Origin: a virus
Lineage: Duplodnaviria; Caudoviricetes
IMG/VR virus record: IMGVR_UViG_3300022407_002984
Span: 1-53,814 of that record
Reading direction: 5' to 3' (one strand)
Length of the DNA: 53,814 bases
Positions 33,401 through 44,200 of this stretch are shown piece by piece; position 1 is the first letter of the stretch; every line of letters starts with the position of its first letter. The translations under genes and the position numbers were made by a program. The notes under the pieces were generated by a model, which ran no database searches, was not told the DNA's origin, and saw only the letters and a list, made by a program, of their open reading frames with translations.

Positions 33401-36400
33401 AGGTCTCCATTCTTTTCTTCATTCTTAGATAATCTTTTTATCGATGAAAGATTTTTTCTTGCAGTATTTAATTTTTCTTTATAGTTGGCATCAGCAAATA
33501 CCTTAGTCATATAGTCGGTAAATCTGCTAACTGATTTTTCACTGAATATATTTATTTTACCAAACTTATTAATTATAGCTGTTTGCTGACTTAAAGTTAT
33601 CTTACCTGATTTCTCTAACTCACTTAATTCATCTGTTAATTCTTGAGTTTGTTTTTTCCATTCTTGAATAGACTCTCTTGCACCTTTAGCAGTATCTTTA
33701 ATTTGCTTTACAAGTCCTGCTTTCTCAGTCATTGTTACTTTAGCAATATCTTTCAACTTACCAAGTAATCTATTCACTGATGGTGCTGCTTTCTCTTTTA
33801 AACCAAACTCTTTACGTGTAGCTCTAACTAAATTCTCTTTCTGAATGTCATCTGCCTCAGCATATTCTTTTGACTCTTGAAGAGTTTTTATTGCCTCATC
33901 AATTGTTTGAGTTTGTTTAGGTTTTTCTAATGACTTTAACTCTTCGTCATATTTAGCATTTACTTTATTTTGAGCTTCTTTTTTATTTGCTTTTTCTTTT
34001 ATTTTATTATATCTATCTTCTATATATTTATTAGCTTGTTCTTTGCTATCAAACATAGTAACTTCAACAACAGGAGCTTTTTTTAGTTTACCATTTGAAT
34101 CATATTCTCCTGCTTCAATAACTTTTGTAACAACCTCTATTCCTTCTCCGTCAGTTGTTCTTTCATCAAAAAATGTTTGAACTTTTGCATTGTATCCAAT
34201 ATCCCATTTTTGTCCTACTTGTAATATTTCGTGGTTTGGATTATTAGGAGTAATTTGTTCTAATGACTTATTATCTCTTTCATCATATTTTTTTAAATCT
34301 TTTTCTCTATCAGACTCTATATCTTCAACTGTTCTTTCATTAGTAGGTTCTTCAATCCCTAACTCAGCTTTCTGCTCAGCAGTTAGCTTTTCTTTCATTT
34401 TAGGATTCATTATATCATTACCTGATTCTACTTTAGGTTCTCCTTTAATTTCTCCATAAGCTTTAGAAATATACTCTTCAGTAGTTAAAGAATTATCTTT
34501 CCCTAATTTTTCAGCGTTTATTACATTACCATCTTTATCTTTTGCTGTAATTTCTCTGCTTCCATCTTTTTTTGTTGTTACTTTCACATCAGAAACATCT
34601 CCGTTATCAGTTTCATACTCAAAAGTTTCTCTCTTTAAAGGTATTTGACTATCTTTTATTCTTGGTTCTTCAGTAACTACCTCTTCGGTTGGTTTAGGTT
34701 CAGCAAAGACATTAAATCCCTCTGGCATAGGTGGTGGTCCTTCAGTAGGTTTATTTGAATCAATATACTGTTTGATTTGTTTAACTGTTTCGTTTACAAG
34801 TTCTTTACCTTTTAAACCTTTGCTTACTTCATCATAAATATTTTTTATTCCTTCAGCACTCGCTTCATTTCCTTTAGGTATTACAAAATCAAATACTGTA
34901 CCTCCTGCTCTACCGGTTGGGTCTGATATTTCAGATACAAAAGAGATATTTTTATCTCCATTTTCCGCTACTTCGTTTGTTGTAATAACAGCTTTACCTT
35001 TACCAAATTCTGTTTTCTGTTCATCAGTTGCTGTTCTTTTAAAGTCTCTTACATCTTCAGGTGAAGTTATAGCTGATTCCTCAATTCCTTCAGAATAATT
35101 TAATGCAAATCCTCTTTCATCTGCTGTAGCGTGAACTACAATAGAAGGTTTATTTACTTCTTCTTGCTTAACTTGCTCGGTAACGAATTCAGGTTTTGGT
35201 TCGGATATTCCTTCCTCCACCGTTTCGCTAACTCCGGTTTCTGACTGAACAGGAATTTCTGTTGTGCTTTGCTCTTGAACGGCATTTTCTTTTACTTTAT
35301 TAGTTATTAATTCAGTTAATTGATTATTTAAGTCTTCTAATTCTGCTTTTCTTTCTTTTATTTGAATGTCTGCTTCTATACCATCAGACGCACTTTTTCT
35401 ATTTGTATAAGCTAATGAAGCATCATCTAATTCTTTTTGAACAACTTCAATTCTTGCGTTTAATTCTTTCTTCTTTATTCCAAATTCTGAGTTGTCAAAA
35501 TAATCTGCAATCGCTTGTATTTTTTTGGTATAAAATTCTTTAACATCTTCAGATGTATCAGGGTTGCTATTTATTTCGTCAACGATTTCATTTTTATTTT
35601 TAACAATATTATTAATAGCAGAGTTAGCATCTAATTGATTTTGAATCTTTAGTGCTTCATTTATTAATAATTGTTTGTTTTTTAAATCAGGTTCCTTAAT
35701 AATAGCAGATTTTAATTCATCTCTTGCTGCTTCTAATTCAGATATGTTTTCAGGAGTTAAATCAGGATTGTATACCAAATCTAAATTATCTTTAGTTTCA
35801 TTGGCAACTCTTTTAAATGATTCTATCTCATCAGTTTTTAAAACATTATCAGCATAATGATTAAGTTCATTATGGTTTTTAGCTAAACTACCTGCGTGAA
35901 GTAAACTAAATCCAACACCTGTACCAAGTTCAGTAAGTAACTCTTCTTCTGTAGCAAGTTCTCCTGTTTCAATAGGAGTTCTTATTGCTTTAGCAGTAGC
36001 AAATACACCAGCATTTGCAAGTGGATTAGCTATTCCTGTTGACCAAGCGCTATTCAATCCTGTCTTAGATATTCCTTTAGCTATAGCAGGCATAGTCTTT
36101 CCTGCCGCAACACCAAGAGCGTGCATATACATACCCTCAGCAGTTCCTTCTAATCCTCCTTCAAAACCTGCTTCAACTATATCCTCACCTTCCTTTGCAT
36201 TAGCAATTCCTGACACAACTCCTTTACCTCCCATTATTTTAGTGAATGGAGCTCTTATTGATTCTTCAATAAATTTAGCTGCTTTAGGAACGTATTTTTG
36301 TAATAAAGGTTTTGCGTCCTTAGTAACCTCAGTAGCAAATTTAGCAAGCCTTCCTTCTGAAGCTGCAGGATTACCCATAGCTCTTGCTAATAATAAATCA

Positions 36401-37065
36401 GGAGCCATACCTACCATACCTTTACCTACGTTTACAGCTACATTGTCTTTAGGTAAAGCATATTCTTGAATCTTATCAATGTCTTTTAAGTTTCTTTTCA
36501 AAGTAGCATCTCCAAGATTTAAAGCTGCTATAATAACATTTTTTTTATCTTGAGGTAATGTAGAATTAATTATTTTTAAACCAAGGGCAGCTGCACTTTT
36601 TATGTATGGAGCAGGATTTAATACTCCATCATTTTGTGGTTTACTATATTTAGGGTCTATAGAAACTATTTTTTTCTTAACAGCATCGGAAATAGGGGTA
36701 TCAGTATCAGGTATATCATCATCAAAGAATCCTTCTTCCTGTAAACTTTTTCTCGCACTAACTAAAGCGTCATCTGCAAATTGGTAAACTGTTTTAGTCG
36801 CTTCACTTAAAAATGCAGGTATTGCTAATGGTGAATATCCACCACCTACAGGTACACTTACATTAGTAGGTTTCTGCGTAGCCAATGAACCATCTGCCGA
36901 AGGTGATACCGTAGTACTTGTTTTCTGTGGCTGAGGTATGTTTGATTCCGAAGAACCTTTTTTTTTTAATTCATCAAAAGGCAAATCAGGATTAAACTTA
37001 GGCTTAGCTTCGTTAACTGCTTTAAAAGGCTGATTTGGATTGAATTTCGGTTTTGGCTGTAGCAT
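30490..37065 (-). CDS. Very large internal virion (ejection) protein, ~2190 aa
   Basis: Last and largest of three genes after tail/GNAT genes, as in podovirus ejectosomes; ATG 37065 follows upstream stop; KPKFNPxxPF twice at N-terminus. Confidence 0.7.
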   Translation of the reverse strand: MLQPKPKFNPNQPFKAVNEAKPKFNPDLPFDELKKKGSSESNIPQPQKTSTTVSPSADGSLATQKPTNVSVPVGGGYSPLAIPAFLSEATKTVYQFADDALVSARKSLQEEGFFDDDIPDTDTPISDAVKKKIVSIDPKYSKPQNDGVLNPAPYIKSAAALGLKIINSTLPQDKKNVIIAALNLGDATLKRNLKDIDKIQEYALPKDNVAVNVGKGMVGMAPDLLLARAMGNPAASEGRLAKFATEVTKDAKPLLQKYVPKAAKFIEESIRAPFTKIMGGKGVVSGIANAKEGEDIVEAGFEGGLEGTAEGMYMHALGVAAGKTMPAIAKGISKTGLNSAWSTGIANPLANAGVFATAKAIRTPIETGELATEEELLTELGTGVGFSLLHAGSLAKNHNELNHYADNVLKTDEIESFKRVANETKDNLDLVYNPDLTPENISELEAARDELKSAIIKEPDLKNKQLLINEALKIQNQLDANSAINNIVKNKNEIVDEINSNPDTSEDVKEFYTKKIQAIADYFDNSEFGIKKKELNARIEVVQKELDDASLAYTNRKSASDGIEADIQIKERKAELEDLNNQLTELITNKVKENAVQEQSTTEIPVQSETGVSETVEEGISEPKPEFVTEQVKQEEVNKPSIVVHATADERGFALNYSEGIEESAITSPEDVRDFKRTATDEQKTEFGKGKAVITTNEVAENGDKNISFVSEISDPTGRAGGTVFDFVIPKGNEASAEGIKNIYDEVSKGLKGKELVNETVKQIKQYIDSNKPTEGPPPMPEGFNVFAEPKPTEEVVTEEPRIKDSQIPLKRETFEYETDNGDVSDVKVTTKKDGSREITAKDKDGNVINAEKLGKDNSLTTEEYISKAYGEIKGEPKVESGNDIMNPKMKEKLTAEQKAELGIEEPTNERTVEDIESDREKDLKKYDERDNKSLEQITPNNPNHEILQVGQKWDIGYNAKVQTFFDERTTDGEGIEVVTKVIEAGEYDSNGKLKKAPVVEVTMFDSKEQANKYIEDRYNKIKEKANKKEAQNKVNAKYDEELKSLEKPKQTQTIDEAIKTLQESKEYAEADDIQKENLVRATRKEFGLKEKAAPSVNRLLGKLKDIAKVTMTEKAGLVKQIKDTAKGARESIQEWKKQTQELTDELSELEKSGKITLSQQTAIINKFGKINIFSEKSVSRFTDYMTKVFADANYKEKLNTARKNLSSIKRLSKNEEKNGDLRALGTEFSKIDPSIVENIDKYNELSSKIKDAIDGSKIRKANVKFAETVDIENATEYIEKTLEEQEVKLREEKIAELQDLIGVDAKEFSAEEIDALLESDKDLSKDDIKIVRATIEKGFKVYSSIVKEMVRTGEDPFTGEEVSFDKKQKDIIERFIDIDPNKIEDPKEALRTVDSLINFIQNKSTAGMLRPIAEYEAIKGGDEAITKGLKAIRIRKYFSEKLGRALGQKTTTLPVLGEKMFKGVNRSLEFEDLVGISDLINNSSKAESETNVIAKDYIKEFYKRKANGEVYNSAYNDIERGVLAHITRNVIGLESRRKKVFDKRKQEVLDTAELLSSKGNESEQEIAKLIKKAYDKVLDGSENIKDAKSKADINNAEGVDYWVNQWSKRYEELADLSLNFYNKVLGKDLGYTPDKVIKLQDKREDVDLEDTKSQFFANTDEILYDKKSGTLMDKQEDRTIPKDMYIDFSFDKKNGNAMSDALTDLYTAFDISKVGAFLKSDNFKKIIPSSKDANLYDKRIKKFVKITRRKTPFQNSEVSDLIKKADRLAKLGVTMSLASGRQPFIQSIPVMVSTAINAGGVNPIIAFEPKYSKWLQDLGYAVSNRGIESQGQLESMNKLLEKAADMPLDKAIKFIEKIQDKSLKLLLVEGDVAVAKAAFKAYYEQSLKQQGKEYKNIDYSDHEPNKKAANYAQRMVDRQQNISNPALAGDLFTNESSASKIFIKMLMPFSSFRMNQSARLGSDLSTLEYWNTSTKADKIIALKSIAGYTAESATYRALQIGAALLFNSVASVYMGKDNEKEDKKTKENLYKGAAQGAFVDTFSPIPLADPFTQDALAYSAEELQDIIDIPEKDKVKLFESKEQSALKMLGTYGIPITKAKEIYDLGKLAYTREYKDKYGNKKKISEKDAENLKVFIGPLIAVSVVGAFSPDISAITRKAIKMSQTKKTGISKEELKKKNPEMYKRIYGDN

Positions 37066-37067
37066 AT

Positions 37068-38717
37068 TTATTCGTATTGATTTGTGTTTGGATTCCAATT
37101 ATAAGTAACTCCATTTTGAATAACAGGAGGCCTACTTACAGGGGCAGAAACAGGACTTCCTCCAGTCTCTTTATCTCTTTCTATTAAATAGTTTCTTAAT
37201 TCAGCAACATTTCTAAAATTATATCCTGGTCGATTAGGATTAGGCATTTTAGGAGCAAATAAAGTTAAAAGACGTGAATTTTTCTTATCGCTACTCACAA
37301 ATTCTTTTTGCTCAACAACAGTTTTACCTGATGAATCAACTATACCACCATCATCTATTGTTGTTTTATTACCTCCTTCTTCTTTGCCCGATGCTTGATA
37401 CCCTCTAAGTTCAACTGTGCCTGTTACACGATTCCAACCTACAGACTTTGCTATATTTTCAATTCCTTTAGCTTCAGCAATCTTTAAGTTTTCAAGCCCT
37501 ACTACTACACCATTAACTTTACCATCTTCACTCGATATACGTTGAATTTCACCAAGCACTACAGGAGGAGGAGCTTCTCCGCTTCCAGTTCTATATTTAT
37601 AACCCGCTCTTTGTCTTGCTTCTTCAGATTCTGATAACTGGCCTGTGGTTGAGATTTTTCTCTCATTATCCATTTTGCTTAGAATTTTAGTTTTAATAAA
37701 ATTCTTTGCTTCGTCGTATTGTTGTTTATAATATTTACCTGATTCATCAAGAGTTGTCATCTGAGTAACAGGGTCAATTGTTGCAAGTATTTTCTTAGGG
37801 TTTCTATCTGCTTCTGCTCTATCAAATGTAAATGATTTTGAATCATATTTACGCAAATCATCTGTTAGTATTGATGCTACATTTAATGGGTTTAAATAAC
37901 TCTCAGCTTCAAAATTAAGAGCATCATTAAAATTATTTACTATAGCTCTTGTTGCAGGGTCTTTTATATTTGTTTTTAAGAAATTTATTCCTGTTAACTC
38001 AGTTATAGTACCAGCTCTTGATGTTGATGCAGCTGAATATACAGCGTCTTTTAAATCTCCAAGATTCTTAACAAAATCAGTTGTCTTTCCATCAACGTCA
38101 AAATATGCAGGTTTCTGCATTATTCTACCTGTCCATACCGCTGCCGATGCAGCTGTATTTTTATTTAAAACTTTAACTAACTTACCGTCAATAACTTTAT
38201 TCTCCATTAAACCAACACTAACTGTTCCGTCTATAGGGTCAATAAAAGCTCTTGAGTTGTTAAAATTAGCAGCACCTTCAACAGTACTTTGATTAAATAT
38301 TGTTAATCCACTTTGTAGTTTTTTATCATTGATACCTTGCATAGTAGTTTCGAACTCTTGTTGGTATAATTTCTGTAAATTAAACAAACGCTTAGTTCCA
38401 TCCATTTGATTCTGCATACTTAGAGTATAATCTCTCTCACTCATATCCCCTCTTTCAAATGATTTTTTATTAGCCATTTGTTGGTTAATCATATCTTGAG
38501 CATAATTACTAATAAAGTCATTAGCAACTTGGTCTTTACCTTGAGGAGCTTGCATTAAATTATTAATAGACTCACGAGAAGCTTGTTTATAAGCCTCTTT
38601 CTTTGCTTCACGAGTCTCATTGAAATTCTGAAGCATATCAACAGCCTGTTGACCTACCTCAGCGTAATTTATCTGTGAGTCAGCGTCACGTGCTACATAT
38701 TTATAATATTCTGCCAT
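37068..38717 (-). CDS. Internal virion protein (putative)
   Basis: 549 aa; position in ejectosome-like triplet. Confidence 0.6.
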   Translation of the reverse strand: MAEYYKYVARDADSQINYAEVGQQAVDMLQNFNETREAKKEAYKQASRESINNLMQAPQGKDQVANDFISNYAQDMINQQMANKKSFERGDMSERDYTLSMQNQMDGTKRLFNLQKLYQQEFETTMQGINDKKLQSGLTIFNQSTVEGAANFNNSRAFIDPIDGTVSVGLMENKVIDGKLVKVLNKNTAASAAVWTGRIMQKPAYFDVDGKTTDFVKNLGDLKDAVYSAASTSRAGTITELTGINFLKTNIKDPATRAIVNNFNDALNFEAESYLNPLNVASILTDDLRKYDSKSFTFDRAEADRNPKKILATIDPVTQMTTLDESGKYYKQQYDEAKNFIKTKILSKMDNERKISTTGQLSESEEARQRAGYKYRTGSGEAPPPVVLGEIQRISSEDGKVNGVVVGLENLKIAEAKGIENIAKSVGWNRVTGTVELRGYQASGKEEGGNKTTIDDGGIVDSSGKTVVEQKEFVSSDKKNSRLLTLFAPKMPNPNRPGYNFRNVAELRNYLIERDKETGGSPVSAPVSRPPVIQNGVTYNWNPNTNQYE

Positions 38718-38725
38718 AATTTATT

Positions 38726-39514
38726 TTATCTTATTATATTTCCAAAAGCATCGTATTGTGGAAAAGGCTGATTAAATTGCGGAACTGGTGGAGATTGACC
38801 ATAATTAACTCCAAACACACCATATTGCGTACCCGGTTGCGGGCTTTGTGATTGATACCTGGTTGATGCCATAGTTTGAAATGCAGGATTAGGACCTGGT
38901 CCATTTACTCCTGTAGATTTACCCATAACTAAAGGTCCTGTTGCGGCTGTTTTAGAACTATCTTTAAAATATAAAGGTAACATATTTAAACCTTGTTGTG
39001 CTGTTCCTATTACACCTTGAATACCTTGAGCGGTAGCTGCTGTTGCTGCTTCTTCAGCATTGGCTGCTGCCATCTGAGCACCTTCAGCTTGACTTAAATC
39101 CAACTGAGCACCTAAGTCTCTTAAACGACTGGCTTCTGCTATTTGTTTATTTTCAATATCAACCATCTCATTAGTCATCGCCGTTCTTATACCAGCCTGC
39201 CCTTCATTCATAGCCATTTGAACTCTACCTGCTGTAGCAGCAGCTCCTCTATCTGATTCCTGTCCTGCTTGAACAGCTAATGCTCCCTGAGAAAGTAAAG
39301 CCTCTCTCTGAAGTTCATAAGGTTCTTTCTTAATTGCTTGTTGGTCGTAGAAATTTACTTCAAGTTTTTTTCTTGCTTCAGCCATTGCTGCTGCTGCTGA
39401 TGCCTCCGCCTGTCTTTGTTTATCTCTTTGTTCTCCTGCCTGAGTAAAAGACATTGCCGTTGAAACTCCTGAAAGAGCTAATGACCCTATTGCTGCTGCT
39501 GTTAATACTGCCAT
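38726..39514 (-). CDS. Internal virion protein, Ala/Gln/Gly-rich
   Basis: Hydrophobic Ala/Gly N-terminus then Q/A helical region, typical of the first ejected protein. Confidence 0.65.
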   Translation of the reverse strand: MAVLTAAAIGSLALSGVSTAMSFTQAGEQRDKQRQAEASAAAAMAEARKKLEVNFYDQQAIKKEPYELQREALLSQGALAVQAGQESDRGAAATAGRVQMAMNEGQAGIRTAMTNEMVDIENKQIAEASRLRDLGAQLDLSQAEGAQMAAANAEEAATAATAQGIQGVIGTAQQGLNMLPLYFKDSSKTAATGPLVMGKSTGVNGPGPNPAFQTMASTRYQSQSPQPGTQYGVFGVNYGQSPPVPQFNQPFPQYDAFGNIIR

Positions 39515-39515
39515 A

Positions 39516-39926
39516 TTATAATATTTTTATCATTTCACTTGTGTATTTTCCTCCTTCAGACCAACCAAGGTCTGTATAGGTTTTGATTAAGCTTTGGTTT
39601 TTAATTAAAGCGTAACCATATTTACTCCCTGTTTGTTTGCAAACATTAGTAAGCGACTCTATTAATAACTTTATTGCTTCTCTTCTTTTATCTTTTATTC
39701 TGTATTCTTTATTAGAAACAATCCAATCTACCCAAGCCACTTTTGAATTTGTAATGTATATGAAACCTGCACAAATTGGCGTGTCTCCATCGTAAACTAT
39801 CATTCCTCCTTTACCTTCGTCAGGTAAAAAATCTTTAACAGGAGCCTCCCAATTCCATTGTTTCCACCACTCTACAAGAATTTCTTGGTAATCATTTTCA
39901 TTTAGAGGTCTAATGTTTAACTCCAT
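39516..39926 (-). CDS. GNAT-family acetyltransferase-like protein
   Basis: IRPL..ND, PICAGF, IVSNKEYR, YTDLGW; own -7 element TATCTTTG 39934-39941. Confidence 0.7.
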   Translation of the reverse strand: MELNIRPLNENDYQEILVEWWKQWNWEAPVKDFLPDEGKGGMIVYDGDTPICAGFIYITNSKVAWVDWIVSNKEYRIKDKRREAIKLLIESLTNVCKQTGSKYGYALIKNQSLIKTYTDLGWSEGGKYTSEMIKIL

Positions 39927-39947
39927 ATTGATACAAAGATATTAAAA

Positions 39948-40775
39948 TTAAGGGAAACTTTTCATAACATTTGCTTCCGCTGCAAATAATTCTATTTTAC
40001 TGCTGTAATTATTTGTAAGTGTAAAGGTACAATAATGTCCTAATACTCCGTGCGATTCAGCTACAGAATTTTTAATATATAAGAAATAATTAACATTTCC
40101 AGGTATTGGAGTAGTTAACGGAGATAACATATTATTGTTTACAATTATTCTGTTTATACCTGCGGGATAATCAACTATAATGTCAACTACAACTCCTGCA
40201 AAAATAGCATTGGTTCCAAAATAAAGGTAATCTCCAATACTTATAATTCCAATAGAAATTAAAGGATTTATGCTAAAGTTTACTTGAGCTGTATTTGTAC
40301 CCGAACCTGTAACTATTACGCTATTACCTATACCATTTAAACTTCTTAAAGCCAATTGCCCTATTGAGTTGTTTCTAATAAATGCAAAATAAGATTGCTC
40401 TTTCTTTTGAAACCAACCCTGGTCTATAAATCCTGATATTTGTATATCAGTTTCAAAAGCAGCACCCCAAGGAGCATCACCTTCTAAGTTAATGGTTTTA
40501 AATAATTTATTCTCAAGAGCAGCATTGTTAAATACACTTGTAATTAAAGATGGTGTATATGCTTTTGGAGAGTTATTTGGAGGTGTCATATTATCCACTT
40601 CATTCCACCAAGGCTGATAAAATGTATTTCTTAAATTATTTACATTATGTTTGTAAAGATTGCCACCTTTAAAAGTGTAAAAATAATTGTTCATTCCAAT
40701 CATCCAATCAGGATAATAAGAATAGAAAGATACCCAACCGGCAACTCCTTCGCTATATGATAAAGTATAATTCAT
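39948..40775 (-). CDS. Tail protein resembling the C-terminal part of nozzle/stabilisation proteins
   Basis: MNYTLSYSE...GWVSFYSYYPDWM...KLFKTINLEG...KKEQSYFAFI; ATG 40775. Confidence 0.65.
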   Translation of the reverse strand: MNYTLSYSEGVAGWVSFYSYYPDWMIGMNNYFYTFKGGNLYKHNVNNLRNTFYQPWWNEVDNMTPPNNSPKAYTPSLITSVFNNAALENKLFKTINLEGDAPWGAAFETDIQISGFIDQGWFQKKEQSYFAFIRNNSIGQLALRSLNGIGNSVIVTGSGTNTAQVNFSINPLISIGIISIGDYLYFGTNAIFAGVVVDIIVDYPAGINRIIVNNNMLSPLTTPIPGNVNYFLYIKNSVAESHGVLGHYCTFTLTNNYSSKIELFAAEANVMKSFP

Positions 40776-40779
40776 AATA

Positions 40780-41229
40780 TTAAATACAAAGTATATAAAC
40801 ATTAACCACCCCAACACTACTAATCTGACATACATACTCATATCCTGCTGGAGCACTATCTAAAGATAACTTATAATATAAACCACCTCCATCGAAAGTA
40901 TCTAAAACATCATCTGAATTACATACAATATCTCCACTAACAATAACATCTTCGCTTGCTGTTACTATATAAACAGGAACAGTTAATTCCTTTATACACA
41001 TATCTACTAAATCAGGCGTTGATGTGCTTTCAAAACTTCTTAAAGCTGGTTTAGCACAATCTTCACAAGTTGCCGGAGCCAATAATATTCCTGTTGATTG
41101 CTGTCTTACAACTGTACCGTCTCTATAAAATCCATCAGGAGCTACATAAGTTAGCAATGAATCTAAATATACTGCTGTAGCAACTGATAAATTTGCTCCG
41201 TCTAAATAATAAGTTGCATTTATTGCCAT
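40780..41229 (-). CDS. Cys-containing tail accessory protein
   Basis: N-terminal half paralogous to C-terminal region of 41243-46102. Confidence 0.6.
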   Translation of the reverse strand: MAINATYYLDGANLSVATAVYLDSLLTYVAPDGFYRDGTVVRQQSTGILLAPATCEDCAKPALRSFESTSTPDLVDMCIKELTVPVYIVTASEDVIVSGDIVCNSDDVLDTFDGGGLYYKLSLDSAPAGYEYVCQISSVGVVNVYILCI

Positions 41230-41242
41230 TTTTTTTATTAAA

Positions 41243-44200
41243 TTATGTTAAACAATTACAAGAATCGTAAGTAGCAGTTATATCTGAATCACTAAAAGGA
41301 GTTCCTATAGAACAAAACTGTGCATCTTCTGTTGACCCTGCTAAAGGTAAACTTGATAATATTCCGTTTTCATTATAGAAATATACTATTACTTCAAATG
41401 ACTCGTTATTTGTCACTAAATATGAATTATAAGGAGTATCACAAGCGATTTCACAATTACAGCAAACATCAAAAGCAGTTGGCCCAAAGCACAAAGATAC
41501 TTCAACTGCACAACCTGCGCAAACTTGTTGAGGAAGTAATACACCATCAACTAACTGTCTAACTATTCCGTCTAATGAATAGAATCCATTTGCAGCAAAA
41601 GTACTTAAAGTATTGTTAGTCCAAATAGATGTAGCTACACTAAAATCAGCATCTAAATAATAAGTGCCAGGAGTACAATCACAGCAAGAATCATTTGTTG
41701 TAGAACCAAAGCATAATTCGGTCTCAATAGCACTTCTTAAATCCCATATTAAATACAAGTAAGAACCGCTTGAACTTGCAGGAACTGTAAAGTTTGCATA
41801 ATAAGTAGGGCTTGACCCTGATATAGGAGTTGCTAAAGAAGAACCAGAAAGTAATGATTGAATACCAACATTTGTATTTGGATAAAGAGTGTTACTTCTT
41901 CTGAATTTAAACTTATTGTATACGGTACTAAATACAAAATCATCAGGAACAATAGCATTTGACAAAAGTCTCATTGTACTAAACTCAGGAGGGAATCCTC
42001 CTTCTCCTACTAATCCTGTTGTAATATTATATCTTGATACCACAGGTGATGTAGTGTCGTCTATAAATTGTACTAAGTTAGATAAAAGTGGACCAATAAA
42101 GGTTCCATTGGTATATCTATATTCAGTATGAATAGTTTTACCAGCCTCTGAATTGTTAGTTAAAACTACTTCAACTACATTTAATTCCTCAGCATTACAA
42201 CAATCTCCAATTACAGATACAACCATATCTCCTGTATAGGTAAGAGTAATTTGAACTGTTTCAACCGATACATTATCTTTATTAAATGTAATTTGTCCAT
42301 TTGTACTTACCGCACCTGAGCTTACTGTGGTTCCATCGTATGTAGCACTTACTGTAAGAGTTTTACCTGATTGAATATTAGTAAATGCCCAATAAACATT
42401 AGCATCACCAACAGTAGGACCTAAATCAACGCAATAAGTTTGTGTTTTTGAAACCTCATTACCTATAGATAAAGTAAATGTTTGTGATGTTCCACAATTT
42501 AAACATTGAGGGTTTATAGGTAGTTGTCTGTCATTCATAGACAATACATACTCATTCATATAAGGGTCAAATCCTCCTAACTTTTGAAAGTTAAATGAAG
42601 CATTAAACTCATCTCTAAACCAAGTTCTCATATTTTGTTCCGATGCCACAACTAATTGTTCGTTCTGACTATCTCCTCCTTTTAATTGGATAATAGCTCC
42701 ACGTTTTGCATCTGCAAAAAATCTATCGTAACCCCATTGAATATAACTCTCAGGATTAAAGCTAATACCATACTTTTCAGTACGTGCTATTTGCGTTCCT
42801 AAGACCTCAGGAGTCGCTGTAATGATTCCTCCGGCACTTGCATCTGATAATAAGTTTTTCTCCGCTAAAACGTAAGATATTTTATCTTCCTGTAAAGTAA
42901 GTACATCTGTATTTCTGCCATCTAATAATTGTATTGCTCCAAATGAAGCCTCACAATGTTTAAAGTTTAATAAACCTGCATTAAACTCATTTAATTTATT
43001 TATGTTACTCTCTCCATTATAGATACCACTATAAGTAATATCTGAGAATCTATCAGCAGCTTTATAGTCTTGGTCGGCAACTGTAGTCACTCTTTCTCCA
43101 AGATTAAAAGATTTACCAATAATTGAGTCACGTATTTTATAACTCTCTGCTCCGTTTCCAAATGCAAAACAATTATAAAATCCAGTATCTATTATAGCAG
43201 GAATATTACTTGCTATGTTTTGGTTTTGTATATTACCTGAGTGATTACCATTTGCATCAATAGCGAAAGATAAGTTGTTCTCAAAAAATACATCAGGCAA
43301 AGCATCAGATGGTTCTGTTTCAAATATAAGGGTATTTATTGCTCTATATACTATAACCTCCATATCAACAAAAAATCTTCTTCCATCAGCACCAAATCCA
43401 TCACAAGCCCATCCTGTACTAACGTTCATCCAAAGTCTATTAGTCACGTTATCTCTATTGAATCTAAGATATACGGTATTAAAGTTACAACCAGGGGAAC
43501 CAAGTCCCGGAACATACTCAATTGTAGCTCCTCCTGCAACTGATATTGAAGGGTTTTCTAATGTAGCTGCTATATTGTCTCCATTAAACCAATCATACAT
43601 ATTGTCGTAATCTCTTGAAGCGGTAAATTCAACATCCCATATAGCTATTAAAGCCTCACAACTGTTTCCTGTTCCTTGTCTGTTTCCGTTTATGTAAATC
43701 TTTATTCTACTTCCTGCAGGAACGCTATAATCAACATAAGTCCAAGTAGGATGCAAAGGGTCTGTACCTGCAATATTCATAGGATATTGACCTTCAGGGC
43801 AATTTTGGTCTCCAACTCCTGCAAAAACAAGAGGTTCAAAATTACCTGCAGCTACAATTGCATTTGGGTCAACTACAAGATTAAATGAATTTGGATTTAA
43901 TTTTATATAAAGACCTGCAAGTACACTTACATTTTCTTTTGGTGTTATAAAATCTTCAGCTTGCGCTTGCTTATCAAGAATAGTTGTGTAAGTACAATTA
44001 GTTGTAGGACCTGAAGTATCTGCCTTAACAATTAGTCTATCTCCGGTTTCTACTTTCTTAGTATTCTCTCCTTCTATTAAAAACCAAACATCATTAGAGT
44101 CAGGGTCTGTAAAGAATATATTTGAGTATATTGTTTCGTAATTTTCCTCATCAGGCTTAATTACAAATTTATATCTTGTAGCCCAAGAAGGCGCTCTTTG

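Noticed and set aside
30490-37065. Virion RNA polymerase as in crAss-like or N4-like phages
   Set aside because: I saw no DxDxD-type or T7-like catalytic motif; host-type promoters precede the early genes.
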